Below, in pieces: positions 1 to 7,539 of a stretch of DNA of 20,000 bases; positions within the stretch are counted from its first letter, which is position 1; the number at the start of each line of letters is the position of its first letter. Below the pieces are notes generated by a model. It was not told the DNA's origin and searched no databases. It saw nothing but the letters and a program-made list of their open reading frames with translations. The position numbers were made by a program, and so were the translations under genes. The stretch comes from an uncultured virus (IMG/VR IMGVR_UViG_3300025617_001081) (lineage: Duplodnaviria > Heunggongvirae > Uroviricota > Caudoviricetes): the IMG/VR virus record IMGVR_UViG_3300025617_001081; one strand, written 5' to 3'.

Positions 1-1359
1 TTTATCTATTTCGTATTGTTTAAAACCTAAAAATGTTTTAGAATAATTTTCATCTTCTTGGTTTGCTATCATAAAATCTAAACAATCATCTAATATTGTA
101 GAATATTCAGTATATCCCATAATATTTTCTACCGCCATCCAGTTAGGAAACTGTAAATAAGGAATATCAAACCAAATACGTTGCCTACGTTTTCTTACAA
201 AAGGAGGATGTTCTAAACTTCCCTGTGTAGGAGGAATAATTTCTAATTCTTGTTGATTTGCATATCCAAAATCTTGTCGTAAATCAAGAATCATTTGTAA
301 AAAATCTTTTAACTTTGGGACGCTCATAAGATTAAATGTATTAATAAATGTAATTTCTGTACCGTGCGTTTCGTTTAAAACGGTTTTTACATTTTTTAAC
401 ATTTGATTAAAGTCTAATCCCTCTCTAACATACTCTGCATGCTCTCCTACAGTATCAACACTTACAAATAAACTAAAATGTTTACATGCAGGAGCAACAT
501 ACCAGTTGTTATTTGTATTAGGATTAATTTTTTCTTCGTCTTCCCAAATTCTTACTTCTTCAATCTTTTTTAGCTTTGCAATAAACTTATCAAACAAGTC
601 TTGATTAGGCGGACACATATTACTAGTAATACTTAAATCTAGAAATGCATTAGGATTTTCGTCGACATAATCTAACACTTTAAAAGTATTTTTATCCATA
701 AGCGGTTCGCCACCTGTCATTCTAAATACTTTAAGTTCTTTGTAAAGATCAGGCCACCATTTCCAAAATGCTTGTACATAAGGATTATCGTTATTAGATG
801 TTTTTAACGGCATAAGTCCTTTGCGACTTAAACTTTCGATATCATTGTGATAGCCTTCATTTGTGGGTACAGGTCCGTGCTCTTTTATTTCTGATTCCCA
901 TGCTGTACTTAAATGAGGACTACAATACACACATTTAAAATTACAGGCTTGATTAAAGTTTACTTCTACGTATCGTGGAATTGCTGTTTTTGTCTCTAAT
1001 ACAGCATCTTGTAATTTGCCTTCCACCCACCATTCAGAACTTCTGTAATGTCTATCACTATAATGGGGACCGTTAGGTGCATCTTCAATATTCCAGCAAT
1101 ATTGACAGCCAGAAGGACGTTTGCCTTCTAACATTTGTTGTCTTTGTTGTATTTTTTCTTCTGTATTATGTAATGTGCTAGGATTGTCATCCAGCTGAGT
1201 TACAGGAATAAGATGTGTAGGAGGATGATAACAACTTTGTGTTAGTCCTTGCGGTAAATGTAGACTAACTTGATACCATTTTGCTAGACACATTGAAGAA
1301 GAAATAGTTTCTAACTTGTCTTTGGTTGTCTTTACATTGTCGTAATAGTTATTGCTCAT
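1..1359 (-). CDS. Radical SAM protein with N-terminal twitch (half-SPASM)-like Fe-S domain; 3'-truncated by window edge (>=453 aa)
   Basis: Not in the ORF track; translated by hand. ATG at 1359-1357 overlaps the upstream TGA (ATGA) and the frame stays open to position 1. It reads MSNNYYDNVK...MCLAKWYQVSLHLPQGLTQSCYHPP...RPSGCQYCWNIED (C24, C43, C85, C88), then YVEVNFNQACNFKCVYCSPHLS (CxxxCxxC at 922-945), FRMTGGEPLM (GGEP at 703-714), SITSN and FVSVDTVGEHAEYVREG, all radical SAM core hallmarks. Confidence 0.9.
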   Translation of the reverse strand, partial: MSNNYYDNVKTTKDKLETISSSMCLAKWYQVSLHLPQGLTQSCYHPPTHLIPVTQLDDNPSTLHNTEEKIQQRQQMLEGKRPSGCQYCWNIEDAPNGPHYSDRHYRSSEWWVEGKLQDAVLETKTAIPRYVEVNFNQACNFKCVYCSPHLSTAWESEIKEHGPVPTNEGYHNDIESLSRKGLMPLKTSNNDNPYVQAFWKWWPDLYKELKVFRMTGGEPLMDKNTFKVLDYVDENPNAFLDLSITSNMCPPNQDLFDKFIAKLKKIEEVRIWEDEEKINPNTNNNWYVAPACKHFSLFVSVDTVGEHAEYVREGLDFNQMLKNVKTVLNETHGTEITFINTFNLMSVPKLKDFLQMILDLRQDFGYANQQELEIIPPTQGSLEHPPFVRKRRQRIWFDIPYLQFPNWMAVENIMGYTEYSTILDDCLDFMIANQEDENYSKTFLGFKQYEIDK

Positions 1360-2282
1360 TCTGGATCTATAATCAACTGTTCTAGTTTACGATTACGTTT
1401 AGGATTTTGATACAAGTGTTTAAAAAACTTGCTTTGGCCAGAAGACAATGGATTGTCAATAGGAATACCAAGTTCACTTACTAATATTTCAGTGTATTTG
1501 CAACTTTCGTTATGTATTTGATCTGTTGTAAAATCTGCAAATTCTTCTTTCCATAGGTTATTTAAATACTCAAAATCACGAACATTTACATAATTCCACT
1601 CTGTACACATAGTTTTGTACAGTCCTGCTCTAGCACCTAATACGGCCCAGTCGCCATTTTCAACATCTGCGCCTACCATACACCAAACATACAACATATG
1701 AAGATTTTTCCAGTGTGCTTTTCCTAAAAAATCTGTCTTATCTACTCTAACACCTCTGTCAAGTGCAAGTTTAACTCCTTCACGGAATCCTGCTCTCCAT
1801 GCTTGATGAGGAGTAGCATTATTGTGTACAGTTGAATAACAACTATTCATCTGAATATATTGTGCGTCCCAACAAAAATCAACTTGAGCATGCTCATTTT
1901 CAGGATCAGCATTTTCGTGAGTTCGCATTTTTAATACATAATCTTTAGGCCAACACTTTAACCCTCCATTGCCGTACATTAAACTATTAATAACATTTTG
2001 TCCGCACCAACTTAAAACAGTTTTTTCAAGATTTTTGTGTTCTGAAAAATCTATTTCTTGATTTAAAAAGTTAGCATCAATAATATTATCTCCGTCAACT
2101 GTAATAAAACGATCAGTTTCGCTGAGTTCTGCACATGCTTTGTGTGCCGCATCACTGCCTTCTACACCATGAACACGTTTAGCCCACGGAATTTTACTAC
2201 ATAAATCAGCGTAGTTTTCTTCTGCATTAGGTTCGTCGTAACTTAGGTAAATGATGTCATAATCTGTTACACGAAATTTCAT
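1356..2282 (-). CDS. Glycosyltransferase-like protein, GT-A/GT2-like fold (308 aa)
   Basis: N-terminal beta strand DIIYLSYDEPNAEENY, helix DAAHKACAELS, then RFITVDGDNII (hhhhDxD motif), and GNGGLKCWPK and QAWRAGFREGVKL downstream. AGGA SD upstream; ATGA overlaps at both ends. Confidence 0.65.
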   Translation of the reverse strand: MKFRVTDYDIIYLSYDEPNAEENYADLCSKIPWAKRVHGVEGSDAAHKACAELSETDRFITVDGDNIIDANFLNQEIDFSEHKNLEKTVLSWCGQNVINSLMYGNGGLKCWPKDYVLKMRTHENADPENEHAQVDFCWDAQYIQMNSCYSTVHNNATPHQAWRAGFREGVKLALDRGVRVDKTDFLGKAHWKNLHMLYVWCMVGADVENGDWAVLGARAGLYKTMCTEWNYVNVRDFEYLNNLWKEEFADFTTDQIHNESCKYTEILVSELGIPIDNPLSSGQSKFFKHLYQNPKRNRKLEQLIIDPE

Positions 2283-2848
2283 TCTTTTATCCTTTGATAT
2301 ACGTAAGACTCAAACTTTTTATCAGTATACAAGCTTATAGGTGTATTGTCAATCTCAAATTTCTCTTTCATAGGAATTTTTACAGTTTTTCTAGCCACTA
2401 AATCTGTCATGTTTATTTCTAGTTTTCCATAATAAACGTTAGGATTTCTTTTTTGAGTTATACTAAGTTCAAACATTTCTCCGAAATAGCCTCCAGACAG
2501 AGCTTTTTGTAAATCATTACCTATCTTTACAGACCAATATTTGTTTTTTTGATTTTGTTCTATAAGAATATCATAATCACTGACATATGTATCTGGTATT
2601 TCGTACAAATAATCATTGATGTTTTTACTATCCAAAATTTCTGCGTAGTTTTTTTTATTCTTTAAAATAAACTGCCTTGTTTTAGGATCCATTTCTACAG
2701 AGAAAAACCTTTTAGGTACTTTACCTGTTATAATACTTTCTATGTCTTTATAGTCTACAACAATATACTGACCATTATTTTTATTTTCTATGTTAGAAAC
2801 CCCAAATACTTCGCCTGTATGTCCGTCATAGTATACATAACTTTTCAT
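2279..2848 (-). CDS. Hypothetical protein (189 aa); N-terminus loosely resembles tail-fibre-assembly proteins
   Basis: Clean ORF coupled on both sides (TAATG at 2848, ATGA at 2279-2282) with an AGGA SD. The N-terminal YVYYDGHTGEVF...YIVVDYKDIESIITGK resemblance is by eye only. Confidence 0.7.
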   Translation of the reverse strand: MKSYVYYDGHTGEVFGVSNIENKNNGQYIVVDYKDIESIITGKVPKRFFSVEMDPKTRQFILKNKKNYAEILDSKNINDYLYEIPDTYVSDYDILIEQNQKNKYWSVKIGNDLQKALSGGYFGEMFELSITQKRNPNVYYGKLEINMTDLVARKTVKIPMKEKFEIDNTPISLYTDKKFESYVYQRIKE

Positions 2849-3678
2849 TATTCTAATCCTATCATCTTAGCATATCTATCTAAAAACTCTTGCCTTGCAA
2901 AACTGTTTTCAGTATAGTGAAATATGCCTTGTTGTAAAGTGTTGCCTATTGTAAGATGTCCGTTTTCAGTTAAGTAGGCACCTACTTTAGTTTGCCAAGT
3001 TTCAGCAGGTATCTTCCATCTTTGTATTCTTGTTTTCATATGTACAAACATAGGATATTTAGATTTAGAGTTGTATATTTCTGTATCAATATCTAATATT
3101 TTGCTTACAATAGCATACGTTACATCCATGCTTGGTGCTTTAGGATAATGCTCTTTACAATATTGTCCGTAGAACAACTCCCAGTTATTAGATACCAATT
3201 CTACCCATTTATAAAATTCATGAGAAATATCACCTTTTCTAAAATAATGAACTGCACTATATAAATTAGGAAGTTTATTTTCTGTAAATGCCTTTCTATA
3301 ATAATTACTGGTTATTAAATCGTGCCTATACGTGTATGCATTTGATACAAAATATAAATCGTAGTTATTAAGTTCTTTCCAAAAATCATTTAAACTTTGT
3401 AGAATAAGTATATCCGTGTCTAATACAATAGTTTCTTCATACGGACTTGCATGATATATTTTCCATCTGTCTGTGGTAGCAAATCTATCAGTATCTTTGT
3501 TTGTCCAGGGTATTTCTATAATTTTATCAAATAGTGTTTTATACATTGAAGGGACTTTGTTGTTTGTAATAATACTTACAGGATGCATATTTCCCGATTG
3601 TTTAATGCTCATTGCACATAGACAAGCCTGGGCGACATAATCGTCACCAATAGCCATCATTACAAATCCTTTAGACAT
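2848..3678 (-). CDS. GT-A fold nucleotide-diphospho-sugar transferase-like protein (276 aa), paralog of 3671..4567
   Basis: MSKGFVMMA..DYVAQACLCAMSIK...VSIITN...FDKIIEI...RWKIYHASPYEETIVLDTDIL (DxD), later LYSAVHYFRK, MDVTYAI and FVHMK. GAGGT SD; 8-nt overlap with the upstream gene. Confidence 0.75.
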   Translation of the reverse strand: MSKGFVMMAIGDDYVAQACLCAMSIKQSGNMHPVSIITNNKVPSMYKTLFDKIIEIPWTNKDTDRFATTDRWKIYHASPYEETIVLDTDILILQSLNDFWKELNNYDLYFVSNAYTYRHDLITSNYYRKAFTENKLPNLYSAVHYFRKGDISHEFYKWVELVSNNWELFYGQYCKEHYPKAPSMDVTYAIVSKILDIDTEIYNSKSKYPMFVHMKTRIQRWKIPAETWQTKVGAYLTENGHLTIGNTLQQGIFHYTENSFARQEFLDRYAKMIGLE

Positions 3679-4567
3679 TTAGGACCTCGTCTATGCATCT
3701 GTTAAGACTAAATTTATTCATAACGTGAATATTATGATTTTTAAATTTCATTGGAGTGTATTCTCCTAGATATTTTTCTTTCTCTAAAAGAAATAAAAAC
3801 TCATTATCTTCAATTTTGAATAAAATATCTTTGTCAGTAGAATAATATAATTTTCCTGGCATTTCTTTAGCAAACTCTCTTCCAGGAATAAATCCATTCA
3901 TAATATGAATAGCAATACTAAACGCATGATCGTTCCTGTATACTACACGATTTAATTGATATACTTTTTTATAGTGTCCCCAGTTTTCTTGTACATGCTG
4001 TACTAGGTCAAAAAATATTTTATTAGTATCTGTTTTTCTAAAAAATATACATGTGGCCCAATAGAAGTCAACACTAGTATCGCTGATATTGTCAAATTCT
4101 GAATAGTCTCTAAATCCTGCTAGATCATATGCATTTTTATATATTAAAAAATCATTAGGTTGTTCAAAACACCATTTAAACAAATTGTTGTTTATAATAA
4201 TATCACTATCTAGTACAATAGTTTCGTCGTACGGTGTAAGATCATATGCTAGTGTTCTGGTTTCATTTTTAAACTCTAATTTTTTTTCTACTAAAGTTCC
4301 GTCGTGGTATCTTTTATATGTATGTTTTTCGGTTTTACTAAGTGTGGTATTTTTTGTTAAATCAGATTCTTTCCACACAATCTCAATAATGTTATCAAAA
4401 ACAGTAGTATAATCATTAAATTCATGTCTAAGGTATTTGCCACTATCAGTTATAATAGTAGTTGGTAAGTTTAAATGTTTTTTAACTTGCTTTGCTAAAA
4501 AATAGGCTTGTTTAACATAATCTACTTCTACGTTATTTCTAGCAAATACTAAAACGCCTTGACTCAT
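3671..4567 (-). CDS. GT-A fold nucleotide-diphospho-sugar transferase-like protein (298 aa)
   Basis: MSQGVLVFA..DYVKQAYFLAKQVK...TTIITD...FDNIIEI...RTLAYDLTPYDETIVLDSDII (DxD), later YWATCIFFRK, RNDHAFSIA and IHVMNK. ATGA overlap with the upstream gene. Confidence 0.75.
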   Translation of the reverse strand: MSQGVLVFARNNVEVDYVKQAYFLAKQVKKHLNLPTTIITDSGKYLRHEFNDYTTVFDNIIEIVWKESDLTKNTTLSKTEKHTYKRYHDGTLVEKKLEFKNETRTLAYDLTPYDETIVLDSDIIINNNLFKWCFEQPNDFLIYKNAYDLAGFRDYSEFDNISDTSVDFYWATCIFFRKTDTNKIFFDLVQHVQENWGHYKKVYQLNRVVYRNDHAFSIAIHIMNGFIPGREFAKEMPGKLYYSTDKDILFKIEDNEFLFLLEKEKYLGEYTPMKFKNHNIHVMNKFSLNRCIDEVLNV

Positions 4568-4911
4568 AGTTCTATTAATTTTTCAACACTTCTACTAGTT
4601 TTTAGTTTTTGATATTCGCTGTGGAATTTATTAGTTGCAGTAAAATATACGTCTAATATATTTTCTAAAAAATCTTTGATATTTTCAATACGCACTGGAA
4701 TATCATTATCATCTATAAGGACAACTGCTTCTCTATTAAGATTTGCAAGAGTGGAGCAAAAACAAATTAGTTCTTTATTAATAGTAAACTTACTACCGCT
4801 AGTGTAATAAACTAAATCTTGGTATACAGTTTCTTGAAGGACACGCTTTTGGTTGTTAAGCGTAACCATATAGTTAGAAAAATCAAGTGCTTTTTGTAAA
4901 CGTTCGTCCAT
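4564..4911 (-). CDS. Hypothetical protein (115 aa), first gene of the GT/radical SAM operon; possible DUF4376-like fibre chaperone
   Basis: Strong SD AAGGAG (4918-4923) 6 nt before the ATG; directly downstream of the sigma70 promoter; stop overlaps the next start (ATGA). Confidence 0.75.
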   Translation of the reverse strand: MDERLQKALDFSNYMVTLNNQKRVLQETVYQDLVYYTSGSKFTINKELICFCSTLANLNREAVVLIDDNDIPVRIENIKDFLENILDVYFTATNKFHSEYQKLKTSRSVEKLIEL

Positions 4912-4920
4912 ACTTTACTC

Positions 4921-4957
4921 CTTTAGACTGTTTTATTATAACAGATATAGTCTAAAG
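4921..4957. repeat. 9-bp perfect inverted repeat flanking the -10 box and overlapping the SD
   Basis: ctttagact (4921-4929) / agtctaaag (4949-4957); an additional inner pair ctgtt (4928-4932) / aacag (4940-4944). Confidence 0.85.
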
Positions 4958-4963
4958 TGTCAA
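4935..4963 (-). promoter_or_regulatory. Consensus sigma70-type promoter with extended -10
   Basis: Minus strand reads TTGACA (4963-4958), ctttagactatatctgt (17 bp), TATAAT (4940-4935). The spacer ends in TGT, giving TGnTATAAT. It lies in the 55-bp intergenic gap and points into the GT operon. Confidence 0.88.
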
Positions 4964-4966
4964 GTA

Positions 4967-5998
4967 TTAAAGTCCGCTGATAAGTGTTCCAGTAGGTGCA
5001 GGAACATCTACGTAATCGCCAGAAGCTCGTAAATATTCAACATTACTAGCAATAGGCTGAACAACTGCTTCGTCTACCTGGTAAGTATAAGCATCAGGTA
5101 TTTGATCGTCTCCGATATCGTCATCATTAAACTCTATTAAAAAATAAATTTTATATGCTGTTCCAGCAGGATCGGGAGGGATTGCATCACCTTTAGCTTT
5201 TACTGTATAATCGTTTTCTTCATATACAGATCCTACTTCACCTGTTTTACTATAAACTACTTGATAATTTGTAGTTAAATCATAAAATCCAATTTGTGTA
5301 GTAGTAATAGTTCGATTAAGATAAACAGTGTCGCCGTCTGCATCGGGATCTTCACTAGTTGTTGCTGTATGGGCAAAACGAATTTCGCCCATATTTGCTA
5401 ACATAAGATACCAATCATGTTGTTTACCAGCGCCGTCAGGTACAGAAGCGGTCATAATTATTTTTCCGCCTGAATTAAAATAAAATCTTGCTTGATTATA
5501 TGAACTAAAGTTTACTGAAAATTCATGTGTTAAGTTTGTAGAAAAATTTGTAGTTCTAGTTTGACTAATTAATGCATTTCCTGAAGTTTTTAACGGTAGT
5601 TGCTCTGCTTGAGAACCTGCGAGTTTAAATCTTTCAGGGTCTGCGCTCATTGTGCTTACAAGAGATTCGTAATCTACATATCCTTTTTTGTCGCCGTCTA
5701 ATGGAAGAACACCTGGTGTATCAGTTCCGCCGTCGTCGTCTGTTACAAGATCACCAGACTGAATGTCTGCAATTTCTGAAGGAATAAGTCCTGTTTGATG
5801 CACACGGCATGCTACAATATCATTGTATAATTTTTGCATGTCTGTTGCTTCAACTAATTTGACGTTGCCTCCTGGAACTTGTGTACTAGAAACGGTTTGC
5901 CCGTATCCTATACTTCCGGTTCCTGTACCGTATACTTGTGCAACTTGAGTTTGCAGGTTGTTATACCGAACAGCGGTTAACAAATCTCCTTGGGCCAT
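4967..5998 (-). CDS. Putative virion structural protein (tail/baseplate-associated, 343 aa)
   Basis: Acidic, Thr/Gly/Asp-rich; N-terminal YNNLQTQVAQVYGTGTGSIGYGQ; AGGAG SD (6007-6011) and a TATAAATA box upstream; follows the fibre genes. Confidence 0.6.
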   Translation of the reverse strand: MAQGDLLTAVRYNNLQTQVAQVYGTGTGSIGYGQTVSSTQVPGGNVKLVEATDMQKLYNDIVACRVHQTGLIPSEIADIQSGDLVTDDDGGTDTPGVLPLDGDKKGYVDYESLVSTMSADPERFKLAGSQAEQLPLKTSGNALISQTRTTNFSTNLTHEFSVNFSSYNQARFYFNSGGKIIMTASVPDGAGKQHDWYLMLANMGEIRFAHTATTSEDPDADGDTVYLNRTITTTQIGFYDLTTNYQVVYSKTGEVGSVYEENDYTVKAKGDAIPPDPAGTAYKIYFLIEFNDDDIGDDQIPDAYTYQVDEAVVQPIASNVEYLRASGDYVDVPAPTGTLISGL

Positions 5999-6023
5999 AA
6001 ATCGTACTCCTAATAACTACGTA

Positions 6024-6031
6024 TATTTATA
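6024..6031 (-). promoter_or_regulatory. T4-type late promoter box TATAAATA
   Basis: Exact TATAAATA on the minus strand, overlapping the TAA of the 492-aa gene, 25 nt upstream of the next ATG. Confidence 0.7.
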
Positions 6032-7505
6032 CTTTAAGAAAACATTCAATAAGTTTTTCTGAAACTTCTGAATTACTTTCTAATGCAACTCCTACTAAGT
6101 CGCCTTGGCCCTCTACACTTGCAAGTCCATCTTGCGCAACAAAAACTTTTTCGCCTTTTCTTACTGGACCTATTACCCTAACAGGTACTCGTCCTTTGAG
6201 TGCTATTGCTTGTCCGTCAGCATCTGCGTTCATTAAGTAAGCTGGCTTTTCTGAAATAACTCCTGCTACTACGCTTGCTGGTGTTGCTAGTGCCATTTCG
6301 TGCTCTTCATGTTCACACACAGCAACTACTGTACCCACACTGTATTCTGATTCTGTGGTGTATTTTTCTGCTAAGTCAGCATAACTTGCTTTAGTAGCAG
6401 TTCCGCGGAAGAAGTTTGCTGTAATGTCGCCGCTTCCGTCCCTTAATGCAACAGTATTAACTCCAGCATTTATGCTCGGACTGTAATTTGTAACGCCGCT
6501 GTCTGGTGATAATGAGCCAGATGACGTTGCATATCCATTAAAAGTGTCTGCATAAACTGTACGCCACTTTAAGGTAGTTTCTCCTAAATCAAACGAAGAT
6601 GATGCTGCAGGATGCATTCCTGTGGATTTAAATAAAACGCTGGTTACTGCTGAACCAGTTTGATTATTCATTCTAACTTTTATTAAATTATTATTTCCTA
6701 CAGCATTTTGAATAACTACTTGGTTATCATTTTCAATGAATACTTTAAGATCGATTCCGTCGCCAAGTGTAAATCCGTCATCTGTAAATGCCGCAACTCC
6801 TGCAAAGTTTGCCGTTCCTGCTAATAGATAATTTGCGGCAGGTTCTCCGCCCAATCTATCAGCATTTGCAGCTGTGCCCCAATATCTATGAGCTGTTGAT
6901 GTTTCACCTGTTTGATAGTCTGTATTAACAAGAGTTAATCCTTGTTTAACATGTGTAAATCCAGGAATAGCGTTTTCTTGATCAGTTGAATCAATTTCAA
7001 AACTATCTGCAGAAACTGTGTATATAGGGTTATTTTCTGAATATGCAATCATTATATTATGATTTACAGCTAGCACATCTCTTACTTGAACTGTAAGCAT
7101 TTGTGTAATATTTCCAGCTGTACCTTGTGGTCCAACTAGTACATATCCTGCACTGCCTAGTGCATATAGTTGTTCATTAGCAGTGTCCCACCAAAAGTCG
7201 CCGACGGTTAATCCTGTTGGGGCTGTTGCAGAAACTTCGGCTCCGCCTGTTGTGCGAAACTTTGTACCATCGTAAAATTTTAACTTTGAACTTCCGCTGT
7301 CATACCAAATTTGACCGCTAATTGCTTTAGGTGGTGCATTTGCACTTGAAAAGTTTTCTAACAAGTATAAAAAGTTTTCGTTTTGAATCTCACCGTAACC
7401 AGCATAATTTTTACCGATAAACTTGAGATCAGTAGTCTGATCTACTGTTCCGTCTTCTACCACCGTTATCGGTGTGTTATTATAACGATCTATTTGATAA
7501 GCCAT
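6027..7505 (-). CDS. Tail fibre/spike-like protein with C-terminal peptidase G2-like intramolecular chaperone (492 aa)
   Basis: Shared N-terminal module (ENFLYLLENF...GQIWYD). C-terminus ASYADLAEKY...GTVV...VAGVISEKPAYLMN...IALKGRVPVRVIGPVRKGEKV...VGVALE resembles the phi29 gp12-type autocleaving chaperone domain. AGGGG SD at 7516-7520. Confidence 0.75.
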   Translation of the reverse strand: MAYQIDRYNNTPITVVEDGTVDQTTDLKFIGKNYAGYGEIQNENFLYLLENFSSANAPPKAISGQIWYDSGSSKLKFYDGTKFRTTGGAEVSATAPTGLTVGDFWWDTANEQLYALGSAGYVLVGPQGTAGNITQMLTVQVRDVLAVNHNIMIAYSENNPIYTVSADSFEIDSTDQENAIPGFTHVKQGLTLVNTDYQTGETSTAHRYWGTAANADRLGGEPAANYLLAGTANFAGVAAFTDDGFTLGDGIDLKVFIENDNQVVIQNAVGNNNLIKVRMNNQTGSAVTSVLFKSTGMHPAASSSFDLGETTLKWRTVYADTFNGYATSSGSLSPDSGVTNYSPSINAGVNTVALRDGSGDITANFFRGTATKASYADLAEKYTTESEYSVGTVVAVCEHEEHEMALATPASVVAGVISEKPAYLMNADADGQAIALKGRVPVRVIGPVRKGEKVFVAQDGLASVEGQGDLVGVALESNSEVSEKLIECFLKV

Positions 7506-7530
7506 GTTTCATTAACCCCTAATATACATG

Positions 7531-7538
7531 TATTTATT
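7531..7538 (-). promoter_or_regulatory. Late-promoter-like box AATAAATA
   Basis: AATAAATAC in the 34-bp gap between fibre genes, 25 nt upstream of the ATG at 7505; 7/8 match to TATAAATA. Confidence 0.6.
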
Positions 7539-7539
7539 C

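Noticed and set aside
1..1359. Assigning the radical SAM gene to a known enzyme (MoaA, QueE, NrdG, viperin, anaerobic sulfatase maturase)
   Set aside because: Its length and N-terminal auxiliary Cys domain do not fit those architectures, and no cognate partner genes are in the window.
4921..4957. Inverted repeat as a rho-independent terminator
   Set aside because: AT-rich stem, long loop and no U-tract after it on either strand (followed by GAGUAAAG on the coding strand).
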